From Candidatus Aenigmatarchaeota archaeon (GTDB lineage: Archaea; Aenigmatarchaeota; Aenigmatarchaeia; GW2011-AR5), in assembly GCA_043799385.1 (NCBI GenBank), contig JAZDNV010000031.1, positions 1 to 57,910 on the forward strand: a stretch of 57,910 nucleotides of DNA, written 5' to 3'. The position numbers and the translations under genes are program-made. Below the pieces are notes generated by a model, which saw only the letters and a program-made list of their open reading frames with translations, was not told where the DNA came from and made no database searches. Shown here piece after piece: positions 45,204-55,934 of the stretch (position 1 is the first letter of the stretch; every line of letters begins with the position of its first letter).

Positions 45204-46400
45204 ATGAAGTTTTCAGAACTAAATATTGATAAATGGATTGTAAAATCATTAGCCGATATTGGGTTCAGCGAGATGACTGACATACAGGAGAAATCGCTGA
45301 CAGTCGCATTAGAAGGTAAGGACCTAATCGCACAGGCGATGACAGGTTCTGGAAAGACTGCCGTGTTTGGCATTTCAATTGTCCAGAGAACCGAGCAAAA
45401 AAACGGAATACAGGCGTTAGTTGTTACGCCAACGAGAGAGCTTGCCTGCCAGGTGGCTGAAGAGATAACTAAGTTTTCAAAGTACTCTTCGCTGAACGTT
45501 GCCGCGGTTTACGGTGGCGTTTCAATAGAGCCACAGATGAAAAAGCTGCGCTACGCTGAAGTCGTCGTAGGAACACCTGGCCGTCTTCTGGACCATATGC
45601 AGCGAGGAACGCTGAAATTCAGAAACATAAAGATACTTGTTCTCGACGAAGCTGACCGCATGCTCGATATGGGATTCATCGACGACATAAGGAAAATAAT
45701 ATCAGCATTGCCACTGAGCAGGCAGACCATGCTCTTTTCCGCGACGATGCCAGAGGAAATCGTATATATCGCGAAAAAATACATGAAAGATCCAGTACGC
45801 ATCAAGACGCAGACGCAGATTAGCAAGCACCTGCTAAAGCATTACTATTATGATGTTCAGCATGACAAAAAACTTTCAGCGCTGGCAGGAGTGATTGAAA
45901 GGGAAAAACCATCACTGGCGATAGTCTTCTGCTCTACAAGAGGAGCGACGATGACCGTTGACAGGTATCTCAGAAATGAAAATATCGAATCAAAGGCTAT
46001 ACACGGCGGCATAACGCAATACGAAAGAACGCATATTCTTGAAGGTTTTCACCGCGGTCGTCCGCACATACTTGTCGCGACAGATGTCGCTGCACGCGGG
46101 CTGGACATAAAAAACGTTTCGCACATCTTCAATTTCGATGTGCCAAAAACGCCTGATGATTATACGCACAGAACGGGCAGGACTGCAAGATTAGGCGAGA
46201 AGGGAAAAGCGATAACGCTTCTTAGCAGGGAAGATCATCCTGCTTTCCAGAAGATAATGAGGTACGTGGAGGTAGAGAAGGCAATCCTGGGATTTGAGCC
46301 GAAACCTGTCAAGTTCTTTAAAGAAGAACGAGAGCGGGGAAGATTTTCCCGCTGGCGATCCCGTGAGCAACCGCACAGACAAAGATTTAGAAGACGCTAG
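45204..46400 (+). CDS. DEAD-box RNA helicase
   Basis: Q motif, TGSGKT, PTRELA, TPGR, DEAD, SAT, ARGLD, HRTGRTAR. Confidence 0.96.
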   Translation: MKFSELNIDKWIVKSLADIGFSEMTDIQEKSLTVALEGKDLIAQAMTGSGKTAVFGISIVQRTEQKNGIQALVVTPTRELACQVAEEITKFSKYSSLNVAAVYGGVSIEPQMKKLRYAEVVVGTPGRLLDHMQRGTLKFRNIKILVLDEADRMLDMGFIDDIRKIISALPLSRQTMLFSATMPEEIVYIAKKYMKDPVRIKTQTQISKHLLKHYYYDVQHDKKLSALAGVIEREKPSLAIVFCSTRGATMTVDRYLRNENIESKAIHGGITQYERTHILEGFHRGRPHILVATDVAARGLDIKNVSHIFNFDVPKTPDDYTHRTGRTARLGEKGKAITLLSREDHPAFQKIMRYVEVEKAILGFEPKPVKFFKEERERGRFSRWRSREQPHRQRFRRR

Positions 46401-47097
46401 GGAAGCCGATAAAGCCAAAAACGTACAGAAGCGTAATTATTATCGGCAAATGCATAAAATAAATAAATAAAGAATGTCTTCCCAACAGGCTAAGCAGCTT
46501 TATTGGATAAAATTTTATTTCAGGAACGTTTATTCTTCTTCTATGGTTTGGATACAGCATATCGCCAAAGAATATTCCGATTAAAACCAGACCGAACCAT
46601 GGCAGTAGCGGGAAGTAGTCGAGCGTGTAGAAGCGCGGCTCAAACCCGAGCCACAACAAATATGGAAAATCAAGTTCAACGTTTTGTATATACAATCCAA
46701 TAATTATCAGAAATATGCCTATCAGAATATTCAGTCGTCGCCTGAAGAAGAAATAAGACAGAATTATTGATAATCCTATCAGATGAAGTACGCCAAAAAC
46801 GACGAAACCTGATTTCAAAAAAATAAACGTAACAGCTGTTATCACCAATCCGTATGAAAATATTTTCAGACCCCTCTTGAGATATTTGCTAAAATCTGCA
46901 TGCGCTCTTGAGTAGCTGAGACTCAGGGATATGCCGACAAGAAGGATGAACATTATAGCAGCCAAAAATCCGAATAAACGGAAACCGTCAACAGTATAAT
47001 TTCCAAAGTAATTCAGAGTAAAAACAACGTGGTATGTTATCATCAATAAAACCGCAAGACCGCGAAGAAAATCTATTTCCCAAAACCGTTCTTTCAT
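46387..47097 (-). CDS. DUF1624 / heparan-alpha-glucosaminide N-acetyltransferase-like membrane protein
   Basis: R..EID.LRG.A..LM..YH, DYFPLLPW.G, GRHSL.IY..H. Confidence 0.88.
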   Translation of the reverse strand: MKERFWEIDFLRGLAVLLMITYHVVFTLNYFGNYTVDGFRLFGFLAAIMFILLVGISLSLSYSRAHADFSKYLKRGLKIFSYGLVITAVTFIFLKSGFVVFGVLHLIGLSIILSYFFFRRRLNILIGIFLIIIGLYIQNVELDFPYLLWLGFEPRFYTLDYFPLLPWFGLVLIGIFFGDMLYPNHRRRINVPEIKFYPIKLLSLLGRHSLFIYFMHLPIIITLLYVFGFIGFPSVF

Positions 47098-47138
47098 TAA
47101 AATAAATAATGAGCCAGATAATATTTAAGTGATGCCAG

Positions 47139-47510
47139 ATGATACGCTACGAAAAGGCTGATGACATAAATCAAAGAATGGTAACCATTGCCAACAAACT
47201 TGGAATGAAGCATGACCTGTCAAGAGTCGTGTGCGTGCGCAGCCACGGCTCATCAGCGAGAAGAACGCTGGCACGGTGCCATGCGCTTCCGCGGATAATG
47301 CAATTGGCGTTAGGCACGAGAGCAGTTTACGTAGTCGAAGTCATCGCAGAAAAGTTCGACAAGCTTTCGGGAGAGGAACAGGACAAGACGATAATCCACG
47401 AATTAATGCACATACCAAAAAGTTTTGGAGGCGGCTTCAGGAACCATTCTCAATACGTTACAAGGGAAAAAGTAGAGCGGATGTACAGGAAGTTTTTGAG
47501 TAATGTGTAA
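47139..47510 (+). CDS. Putative metallopeptidase (HExxH)
   Basis: ARCH, FDKL...Q.KTIIHELMHIP...G.R.H. Confidence 0.8.
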   Translation: MIRYEKADDINQRMVTIANKLGMKHDLSRVVCVRSHGSSARRTLARCHALPRIMQLALGTRAVYVVEVIAEKFDKLSGEEQDKTIIHELMHIPKSFGGGFRNHSQYVTREKVERMYRKFLSNV

Positions 47511-47540
47511 CTTAAAAGATTTTCCTGAATAGTAATTATA

Positions 47541-47822
47541 ATGGCATCTATGTGGAACGGCAAATCTATTTTGTTGATCGCTGTTCTAGGAATTGTCGTG
47601 TTTGCATGTGGTTGCATATCAGACACGAAAACTAATGCAACGGGTTCTGATGTGCAGATAGCAAACCCGGCTTCTGCTTACTGCATTGAGCAAGGCTACA
47701 CATTAGATATCAGGACAGATTCTTCTGGAGGCCAATACGGCGTATGCGTATTCCCAGACGGCAGCGAGTGCGAAGAATGGAAATACTTCAGGAGCGAGTG
47801 CAAGCCAGGAGATAATAAATGA
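47541..47822 (+). CDS. DUF333 domain secreted/lipoprotein
   Basis: ACGC lipobox-like; IANPASAYC...G...G.C.FPDG..CEEW.YFR.EC. Confidence 0.88.
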   Translation: MASMWNGKSILLIAVLGIVVFACGCISDTKTNATGSDVQIANPASAYCIEQGYTLDIRTDSSGGQYGVCVFPDGSECEEWKYFRSECKPGDNK

Positions 47823-50800
47823 GACTAGTATCAGCCGCCTTGATTTTAATTATTGTATTCACCACGGTTGCTTTTGCACAGGACGACACAGAGGTTATTT
47901 ATGATGATAATTCAGATATATCCGTAGAAAACACAATAAACCATATAAATGAGATTATTTCTGAAAAAAGCCTTGACTGGATTGCCGGCAAGACGAGCAT
48001 GTCCAATCTGTCAAAAGAAGAGAGAAGAGCCAGGCTTGTTCCAATACGGCAAACTGATAAGAGCACGGCAAGTCCGCTTGAATTTATAAGAGAGTCTTAT
48101 CCTTCCTCGCTCGACTGGAGAAACAAGGACGGCAAAAACTGGGTGACACCTGTAAAAGACCAGGACGGCTGCGGAAGCTGCTGGGCTTTTTCTGCTGTTG
48201 GCGTTGTCGAATCGAGAATTAACATAGCCCTGAACAATCCGGATTACGATATCGATCTATCTGAGCAGGACGTTGTTTCATGCAGTGGCACAGGAAGCTG
48301 TTCCGGCGGTCTTGAAGGCAACGCCCTGTCGTACATGAAATCAAGCGGCACTGTAATAGAAACTTGTTTTCCTTACGCTGCTGCCGACAGTTCTTGCTCT
48401 GACAAATGCTCTAACGGCCAGTTGGTTAAGGTTCTTGACTACAACGCTATCCCTGCATCAGCAGATGCAATAAAGCAGGCGGTAAGCGATTACGGTCCTG
48501 TGACAGCGTACATGGCAGTTTTTACTGATTTCTACTTTTATAATAATGGCACATATACCTCGGTATGGGGCGATTATGAGGGAACGCACGCCATTTCAAT
48601 CGTAGGATACAACGATGCAGAAGAATACTGGATTTGCAAAAACAGCTGGGGCATCAATTGGGGCGAATCCGGATTCTTTAGAATCGCCTATTCAGAAAAC
48701 GTTTTTGATTATAATGCATGGCTCAATGACCCAAACGACTTCAGGACATTGTTCTTGGATGAAAGTTATGCAGTTACTAGTACGGACATCGATAATGACA
48801 ACGTTGCTGATGAGAGTGATAACTGTCCGTACACTGCTAATGCTGACCAAACAGACAACGATGGTGACAGGATCGGCAACGTATGTGACACAGACATAGA
48901 TGGTGATGGTTTAGGCAATGAAAACGACAACTGCCCGAATAACGCCAATTCATGGCAAGAAGATAACGACAATGATGGATTAGGCGATGTCTGCGACGAC
49001 GATGACGACAACGACAGCATCACTGCTGATAACGATGCATGCCCCTTCACACTAGGAATTGCTTATTATAAAGGCTGCCCTGACACAATTCCGCCGATAA
49101 TCAGTTTTGGTGCACCAACACCAGAAAACAATTCAGTAACAATAAACAACAAAGAAACGATTAACGTCAGCGTAATCGATGCGAGTGGAATAGCTTCCTG
49201 CACACTCGAATGGAACGGAATGAATGAGTCGATGATAAAAGCAACGGGTTATTGCTACAGTACAAAGAATACGACAGATGGATTGAATTATACTTTCAGG
49301 GTTTACGTAAATGATTCCTATGGAAGCGTGAATGCTACAGACAGGAGAGCGTTTACAGAGAGCTCGACCACGTTCATCGTGGATGTAAATTACAAAGCGT
49401 CACTCTGTATGTACAATGAAACGCAGGTTATAGGGTTCAAATCAAAAAATATCACCGAAGCGTATGCAACGATAATCTTGCCAGATGCAGCAAATATTAC
49501 AGTCAACTGCTCATCCAGCGAATGTGATCATTACACGCCGCTCGACCCTGGCAATTATTCATTCTTTATCACCATAAAGAATTCTCTGAACAATACAAAT
49601 ACGTCAGAGATTTATAATTTCACTGCTTTGCTCAGAGAGCCAGAAATATATTATTTTGATTTATCTAGTGCGTATTCTACTTATTACATGATATTTCTAA
49701 ATGCATCCGATACAGAGACTTTTACAATAAATCCTAAAATTTGCATTGAAGGCAGTGTTGATGTGAATGACGTAAATGTCACTATCAACGGTGTGACATT
49801 TGTCAATTTCAGTAACCCGCCTATATATGACACCGGAGCATTACGATGTTATGGGGGGTGTCATCCATTGCCCGTTGGTTCGGGATGCACGTCGGAAGAT
49901 ATAGAGAAAACTAAAGTGAATTTCAATTTATCTTCATTTCTATTTGAACATAACATATCTCTAAATAAAGAATTCAACATTACAATAAAAATAAAGGACA
50001 AGTATAGTGAAGTAACTGAGAATATACTAACTAAAATATGGAATTGGTCTGACATTAAACAGATGGAATACTATCAGTTTGACAATGACACAGTTGTAAT
50101 CAATTCAACAAAAACGAATATTTTTATAAAAATTAAATTAAATTCAAGTGTTTTGAATCCGTATATTACGGTAATTTTCTTAACAAATAACCCAACTCAA
50201 GTAAATTTTTCATATAATTTAAATTATTATTATGAAATCTTCCCGACACAAAGTGTTAGAGAAAACTTGGATTGGATGTTAATAAAAATTTATTATAATA
50301 AGAGTGATATCACTGTCAATGAATCTGACTTGAGGTTGTATTGGTTTAACGAATCAATCGGTCAGTGGCAGGCAGTTATAAATAGCACGGTAAACGAAAC
50401 TGAAGGTTATGTCTGGGCGAACCTGACACACTTCTCATATTTCTCTATACAACAAAAATACTGTGGCGACGGCATCTGTGATTCCGGAGAAACCTGTTCT
50501 TTATGTTCGCAAGATTGCGGAACATGCTCCCCTAGTTGCGGCGATGGTTCTTGTAATAATGGAGAAACCTGCTCTTCTTGCTCAAATGATTGTGGTTCTT
50601 GCCCTGTTCAGCAAACAGGTGGTGGCGGAGGCGGCGGAGGCGGCGGTTTTCTGCAAGCGTGCAAAGAGAACTGGACTTGTAATGACTGGTCAATATGCAT
50701 TGATGGCAATCAGTCAAGAACATGCATAGACAATAACAAATGCGGAACAATGAAAAATAAACCAGCTGAGAATCAATCATGTGTCGTTGAAAAACCGTCA

Positions 50801-51010
50801 ACCGAACAGACGAAAAACCTGACAAAAAATATTACAGAGATTGTGACAGAGAAAAACACAACAGAAGTAATTCGCACAGTATCGCCAACAGGATTCGCGG
50901 CACTGTCGCCAACAGATTTGGCAGTCGGCGGAACAGTTATTGCGATTTTAGTTGTGGCTGGGATATTGTACTGGAAAAGGAAAATACTATTTAAAAAGAA
51001 AAAATACTGA
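47819..51010 (+). CDS. Surface papain-like (C1A) cysteine protease with TSP type-3 repeats, Ig-like, PGF-pre-PGF-like, Cys-rich modules and TM anchor
   Basis: DWR..., QDGCGSCWAFS, HAISIVGY, KNSWG catalytic motifs; DxDxDGxGxxxDNCP repeats; CGDGxC repeats; C-terminal TM plus lysines. Confidence 0.9.
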   Translation: MRLVSAALILIIVFTTVAFAQDDTEVIYDDNSDISVENTINHINEIISEKSLDWIAGKTSMSNLSKEERRARLVPIRQTDKSTASPLEFIRESYPSSLDWRNKDGKNWVTPVKDQDGCGSCWAFSAVGVVESRINIALNNPDYDIDLSEQDVVSCSGTGSCSGGLEGNALSYMKSSGTVIETCFPYAAADSSCSDKCSNGQLVKVLDYNAIPASADAIKQAVSDYGPVTAYMAVFTDFYFYNNGTYTSVWGDYEGTHAISIVGYNDAEEYWICKNSWGINWGESGFFRIAYSENVFDYNAWLNDPNDFRTLFLDESYAVTSTDIDNDNVADESDNCPYTANADQTDNDGDRIGNVCDTDIDGDGLGNENDNCPNNANSWQEDNDNDGLGDVCDDDDDNDSITADNDACPFTLGIAYYKGCPDTIPPIISFGAPTPENNSVTINNKETINVSVIDASGIASCTLEWNGMNESMIKATGYCYSTKNTTDGLNYTFRVYVNDSYGSVNATDRRAFTESSTTFIVDVNYKASLCMYNETQVIGFKSKNITEAYATIILPDAANITVNCSSSECDHYTPLDPGNYSFFITIKNSLNNTNTSEIYNFTALLREPEIYYFDLSSAYSTYYMIFLNASDTETFTINPKICIEGSVDVNDVNVTINGVTFVNFSNPPIYDTGALRCYGGCHPLPVGSGCTSEDIEKTKVNFNLSSFLFEHNISLNKEFNITIKIKDKYSEVTENILTKIWNWSDIKQMEYYQFDNDTVVINSTKTNIFIKIKLNSSVLNPYITVIFLTNNPTQVNFSYNLNYYYEIFPTQSVRENLDWMLIKIYYNKSDITVNESDLRLYWFNESIGQWQAVINSTVNETEGYVWANLTHFSYFSIQQKYCGDGICDSGETCSLCSQDCGTCSPSCGDGSCNNGETCSSCSNDCGSCPVQQTGGGGGGGGGGFLQACKENWTCNDWSICIDGNQSRTCIDNNKCGTMKNKPAENQSCVVEKPSTEQTKNLTKNITEIVTEKNTTEVIRTVSPTGFAALSPTDLAVGGTVIAILVVAGILYWKRKILFKKKKY

Positions 51011-51011
51011 A

Positions 51012-51641
51012 TTATAAAATCATCCCTAAGTCTGCGATGCTGAACTTCGTGTTGGCGCAGCCGTTCCTTAAGAGAGGCATGCCCTGGTATGGTATTCCAA
51101 TCTCGCTCAGATAATTGTTCGCCATTTTTATTTCATCGCAGCATGCGATGCCGACGATGCCTTCATAACGCCTCTTGCTCAATATCTTTCGGACGCATGA
51201 TCCGCCTGGCAAAACGTAGACATCGTAATTTTTTTCTTCTGCGATTTTCGTCGCCCTGTTGATTAAGCAATCTTTTGAGCAGTGAGCGCAAACATAAGAA
51301 GAAATTTTTTTGTTGAAGCTGGCTTTGCATTTTTCGTCCATATTTTTTCTTGAGCAGTGCTGCAGAAACAGCGCCCGCTTCTTTGTTTTAATGAACGATT
51401 CTCTGTTGGAAAGATTTTTGATGTATATGTCCATCAAATCCTCGACAATTGTTATCGCATCGGATACAGGCAATCCGGTCAAATCATGCACTCTGAATTT
51501 TTGGACAAGATTCCTTGATATGTTGCCTATTTTCCTGTGCACCTTGTTCCTGTCTGAAAATTTGGCTACGTCCATGAAAAATGATTTCGATACTCTGGAT
51601 AAATCAAAGTTGAATTTGTACGGCATTTCAATCCCACGCAT
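51012..51641 (-). CDS. DUF116 family protein
   Basis: LFLQHC.R, C.HC..C.I, V.PGGS, GIVGIAC, PL..NGC.NT. Confidence 0.88.
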   Translation of the reverse strand: MRGIEMPYKFNFDLSRVSKSFFMDVAKFSDRNKVHRKIGNISRNLVQKFRVHDLTGLPVSDAITIVEDLMDIYIKNLSNRESFIKTKKRALFLQHCSRKNMDEKCKASFNKKISSYVCAHCSKDCLINRATKIAEEKNYDVYVLPGGSCVRKILSKRRYEGIVGIACCDEIKMANNYLSEIGIPYQGMPLLRNGCANTKFSIADLGMIL

Positions 51642-51834
51642 GCTTGGGGTTCCTAGGCACGATTATCCAGGCTATTATATATAGAAGGATTCCGAATCCC
51701 CAAGCGAGCGACAACAGGATCCATAAAAGCCGGATTACCACAGGGTCGACATTCAGATATTCTGCGACACCGCCGCAAACGCCGCCAAGTATTTTATCCT
51801 TTCCAGAGCGGTACAAGCGCTTGATTTTGGACAT
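51628..51834 (-). CDS. PspC-domain protein
   Basis: KRLYRS..DK.LGGVCGG.AEY..VDP..IRL, YIIAWIIVP. Confidence 0.92.
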   Translation of the reverse strand: MSKIKRLYRSGKDKILGGVCGGVAEYLNVDPVVIRLLWILLSLAWGFGILLYIIAWIIVPRNPKHAWD

Positions 51835-51860
51835 ATCTATAACTATTATCTTTTCACTTT

Positions 51861-52613
51861 TTATGCTTCGCTTTTTTCGAACAGGTAAGTTCCTAAAAAT
51901 ATCATAGCTGTGCAGAAAGCCAAAAGCACTGAAAAATCGACAAAAATCGGGTAGGTCGATATTCCGATGAGAGAGCCGCGTAAACCGTCAACACCGTAGA
52001 ACAACGGATCAATGTGCGCAATCGACTGCATCCAGACGGGAGTATTTTCTATCGGGAATAGCGCTCCGGATAATAAGAACATAGGCATTATAAGGAAGTT
52101 CATTATCATATGAAAACCGCTCGTGTCGGTCATCCTCGATGATATTGCGACGCCAAGCGAAACGAAGCTCATCGTTATCAAAAGCATGAATGCCAATGAA
52201 AACAGTATTCCGAAGAAACTGATAATTTTTATCCCTATTGCCAAACCAAGGATTAGCATTATTATCCCATTCATCATCGAAGAGGTCGAACCGCCCAAGG
52301 TTTTACCGAGCATTATCGATAATCGTGAGATGGGCGCAACCATTATCTCTTTCATGAAGCCAAATTGTTTGTCTACGAGAACAGAAAGGCCGGAGAACAT
52401 CGAAGAAAAAAGCAAAGTCATTCCAATTATCCCTGGCATCATAAATGTCAGATAATTTGTTCCGCCAACGTTCGGAACAATGCTGCTGAATCCTGATCCC
52501 ATTATGGCAAGCCAGAAGAACGGCATGGCTAGACTGCCGATGACCCGCGACTTTGCGCGCCAGAATCTTATCACTTCCCTAAGCCATATGGTAAAAATGT
52601 CGTTTATCATCAT
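51861..52613 (-). CDS. ABC-2 type exporter permease
   Basis: 6 TM; PGIIGM, D...G...EI.VAP.SR, FLSGA.FP, DPL.YGVDG.R. Confidence 0.92.
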   Translation of the reverse strand: MMINDIFTIWLREVIRFWRAKSRVIGSLAMPFFWLAIMGSGFSSIVPNVGGTNYLTFMMPGIIGMTLLFSSMFSGLSVLVDKQFGFMKEIMVAPISRLSIMLGKTLGGSTSSMMNGIIMLILGLAIGIKIISFFGILFSLAFMLLITMSFVSLGVAISSRMTDTSGFHMIMNFLIMPMFLLSGALFPIENTPVWMQSIAHIDPLFYGVDGLRGSLIGISTYPIFVDFSVLLAFCTAMIFLGTYLFEKSEA

Positions 52614-52618
52614 AACAC

Positions 52619-53398
52619 CTAGTGTCCAAACCTCATTTTCATCCTGTCAATAGGATTTGCTTCCTCATCCCTTATGCGCCTTCCGGTGTAGTAAAGGAAA
52701 ACATCCTCAAGACTTTTCGCTTTCCTCTTTCTTTTTAGGTTTTTCGGCGTATCGAGTGCGATTATCTTTCCATGGTCTATTATTGCTATCCTGTCGCAAA
52801 GATAATCTGCCTCCTCCATGTAGTGAGTTGTCAATATTATAGTTACTCCATCCTCTTTCAGCTTTTTGATGAAGTCCCAGATATTCCTTCTCGTTTGCGG
52901 GTCCAGTCCCAAGGTCGGTTCGTCAAGAAACAGAACTCTAGGTTTGTGCATTAATCCGCGAGCTATTTCTAATCTACGTTTCATTCCACCTGAATATTTT
53001 TTTACCTGCACATCCGCTTTATCAGTCAGATCGACAAGCTTTAGAACAAGAGTTATTCTTCCTTCTCTTTCAACCCTATCTATATGATACAGCCGACCAT
53101 GCATATCCAGGTTTTCTTTTCCAGTCAACTCGTCATCCAATGTCGATGTTTGAAAAACAATCCCTATACATTTCCTCACGTCACCCTGATTCTTCATAAC
53201 ATCATAATCGCATAATTTGGCTGTCCCGGCTGTAGGTTTCAATATAGTGGAGAGCATTGAGATGGTTGTCGTCTTTCCAGCGCCGTTAGGTCCGAGAAGA
53301 CCGAATAGCTCGCCCTGCTTCACGTCAAAGGATACACTATCAACGGCTGTGAAACCATTGAATTTTTTTGTCAGGTTCTCAATTTTTATCGCGTCCAT
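52619..53398 (-). CDS. ABC exporter ATP-binding protein (DrrA-like)
   Basis: GPNGAGKTT, YSGGMKRRL, FLDEPT, TTHY. Confidence 0.95.
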   Translation of the reverse strand: MDAIKIENLTKKFNGFTAVDSVSFDVKQGELFGLLGPNGAGKTTTISMLSTILKPTAGTAKLCDYDVMKNQGDVRKCIGIVFQTSTLDDELTGKENLDMHGRLYHIDRVEREGRITLVLKLVDLTDKADVQVKKYSGGMKRRLEIARGLMHKPRVLFLDEPTLGLDPQTRRNIWDFIKKLKEDGVTIILTTHYMEEADYLCDRIAIIDHGKIIALDTPKNLKRKRKAKSLEDVFLYYTGRRIRDEEANPIDRMKMRFGH

Positions 53399-53447
53399 AC
53401 TATCGCTTCATGATTAGTCGTGCGTCAGATATTTAAAATTACGATTT

Positions 53448-54656
53448 TTATTCGTACCTCAGCGCCTCCACGGGTTGCAATTTCGCAGCTCGCCTTGAAG
53501 GAAGATAACCGGAAACAAGGCCGATGATAAATGAAAATAGTAGAGCTCCTATAATCAACTCTGGAGTTACAGACGCTTTCAATATGGCAAAATCTTTCTG
53601 CACGGCAATTTCAACACCCTTGGCCATCGCTATACCCAGACTGCAACCGATTGCACCGCCAAATAATCCGAGAAGACCGCTTTCTATCAGAAATATTAGT
53701 GATACCTCACGGTCAGAAGCGCCTATTGCCTTCATCACGCCTATCTCGCGCGTGCGCTCGAGAATAGACATGTACATAGTGTTCATGATGCCAACGCCAC
53801 CAACTATCAATGATATTCCTGCTATACCAACAACTACTGTGAATACTAAAGCAAATATCGTGGAAAACATTGCAAGTAATTGCTCTGACGTTTGGACAGT
53901 GAAATCTTCCTCACCCTCCTTAATGCCGCGATCCTTCCTCATCGCCTTCTCGATGTCATCAGCAACCTTGCTTGTATTATACTCGGCCTTTGACTGCGCA
54001 ATGATTGCATCTAATGCATCAGGCTCTTCGAATAGCTTTCTTGCGCTGTCGAGCGGAATCAGCAGCTGGCTGTCGTCCTGGCTGTTGCCTATCTTGTCCA
54101 TGATACCGATTATGTTGAACTTAGTTCCTTCTACGGTTATCTTGTCGCCGACATAAGCCTTTTTGCCAAAAAAATCTCCTGTGCCAATCAGATATCCGAC
54201 AACAGCAACGTTTCCATCGCCATCTTTAAGGTTCCTACCATCTATTATTTTGAAGCTCTGCATGCTGTCGATTATTTCTGCTGTTTCGTCAGTAGGTATG
54301 CCGCTAACGAAAGTGTATTTGTCTTCGTTCCTGAATTCTACTCTCGAAACCTTGTAAACCATGCCGCCTGCCAGTTTGACGCCATTAACACCCTGTATAA
54401 CATCTATATCATGTTCTGTTAATCCTGAACTACCGCCTATGCCGAACATAGAGCCGCTGGGCATTATCATTAATTTATCAGTTCCCATCATCTCGAACTG
54501 CTCGTTTATCGTGTCCTGCAATCCGTACCCCAACGAGATAAGGGCGACAACGGCAGAGACGCCTATTACTATCGCTATGATTGTCAAGAGGCTTCGTTTC
54601 TTTCTCTTGGCAAGATTGCTTGTTGTCAATTTTATATATTCTGCAAACATTCCCAT
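53448..54656 (-). CDS. MacB/FtsX-like ABC permease
   Basis: R..LT...I.IGV, GGVGIMNTM..SI.ERTREIG..KAIGA, PS.RAA.L.PVEALRYE. Confidence 0.92.
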   Translation of the reverse strand: MGMFAEYIKLTTSNLAKRKKRSLLTIIAIVIGVSAVVALISLGYGLQDTINEQFEMMGTDKLMIMPSGSMFGIGGSSGLTEHDIDVIQGVNGVKLAGGMVYKVSRVEFRNEDKYTFVSGIPTDETAEIIDSMQSFKIIDGRNLKDGDGNVAVVGYLIGTGDFFGKKAYVGDKITVEGTKFNIIGIMDKIGNSQDDSQLLIPLDSARKLFEEPDALDAIIAQSKAEYNTSKVADDIEKAMRKDRGIKEGEEDFTVQTSEQLLAMFSTIFALVFTVVVGIAGISLIVGGVGIMNTMYMSILERTREIGVMKAIGASDREVSLIFLIESGLLGLFGGAIGCSLGIAMAKGVEIAVQKDFAILKASVTPELIIGALLFSFIIGLVSGYLPSRRAAKLQPVEALRYE

Positions 54657-54657
54657 G

Positions 54658-55893
54658 TTATCTATACCTCAACGCCTCGACTGGATCAAGTTTAGATGCA
54701 TGACGTGCAGGAAGCAAGCCTGATATTGTGCCGATAATAAATGAAAAAGCTAAAGCCCCTGCAACCAATTCTGGTGTCACGATTGCCTTGAATATATCAA
54801 CTCCAGCGCCCACAGCGACTATCTCGACTATCTTTCCTAATACAGCACCAAAGCAGACGCCTACAATGCCACCAATCAAGCCGACCAAACCTGATTCTAG
54901 TATGAATAAAATCATTATGTCATGGCTTCTTGCGCCTACTGCTTTCATCAGGCCAATGTTACTAGTCTGTTCCATGACAGAAGTATACATTGTGTTCATT
55001 ATGCCGACGCCGCCAACGAGCAGCGATATCGCCGCTATTCCTATAAGCACGGCTTGAACCGCGCCTAATATTGCATTAACGCCTGAGATTATCTGCTCGG
55101 ATGAAGAAACAGTAAAATCTTCTTTGCCTTTTTCAAGATTCCTATCATTTCTCATATCCTTCTCTACGTCAAGAGCGACCTTGCTCGGTGAGAGCCCGTT
55201 CTTTACCTGGGCAAAAATCGTACCGACCTCTTCTGACTTATTGAATAGTTCCCGAGCTGCATCAATATTTATGGCAACCATCCTATCGTAAATAGGCGAG
55301 CCGCTTTTTTTGAATATGCCAACAACCGTGAATTCGACGTCATCTATGAGTATATCATCACCGACTTTGACGTCTTTATCGAAAACACTGTCAGCAATTC
55401 TGTTGCCTATAACAACTTTGTAACGGTCGTTTTCTTCAATACTTCTGCCCTGCTGGATCTTGAACATCTCTATATTTTCTGTCATCGCTTTTGTTTTGCT
55501 GTCTGCGGGAACGCCATAAACGCTCAGATATTTGGTTTCACCGCCGAATTTTAATTTTGCAGTATCAGTGACCATACCAAATGCATACTCGATCCCGGAA
55601 ACACCATTAATGATATCCACATCATGCTCATACAATTTGGACGCAGAAAGACCGGAAGTGGCAGGAGTTATCCCAGAACTAAACCCGCCGCCAGGTGATA
55701 TTATCAACTTGTCAGAGCCCATGCTTTCAAACATCTTGTTGATGCTCATCTGCATTCCCTGTCCGACGGATATTAACGCCACGACCGCTGAGACGCCGAT
55801 GATTATTCCAAGTAATGTTAATGCGGTCCTAAGTTTCCTGCGCCTCATGCTGTTGTAGGACATCGAGAGAAGTTCGCTAATCATTACAATCAA
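54658..55893 (-). CDS. MacB/FtsX-like ABC permease (paralog)
   Basis: Same MacB motifs; tandem paralog of 53448-54656. Confidence 0.92.
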   Translation of the reverse strand: MIVMISELLSMSYNSMRRRKLRTALTLLGIIIGVSAVVALISVGQGMQMSINKMFESMGSDKLIISPGGGFSSGITPATSGLSASKLYEHDVDIINGVSGIEYAFGMVTDTAKLKFGGETKYLSVYGVPADSKTKAMTENIEMFKIQQGRSIEENDRYKVVIGNRIADSVFDKDVKVGDDILIDDVEFTVVGIFKKSGSPIYDRMVAINIDAARELFNKSEEVGTIFAQVKNGLSPSKVALDVEKDMRNDRNLEKGKEDFTVSSSEQIISGVNAILGAVQAVLIGIAAISLLVGGVGIMNTMYTSVMEQTSNIGLMKAVGARSHDIMILFILESGLVGLIGGIVGVCFGAVLGKIVEIVAVGAGVDIFKAIVTPELVAGALAFSFIIGTISGLLPARHASKLDPVEALRYR

Positions 55894-55934
55894 TTATAAT
55901 CATTGAGAAATGCTTTTATTCCTTGAATAAGAAT

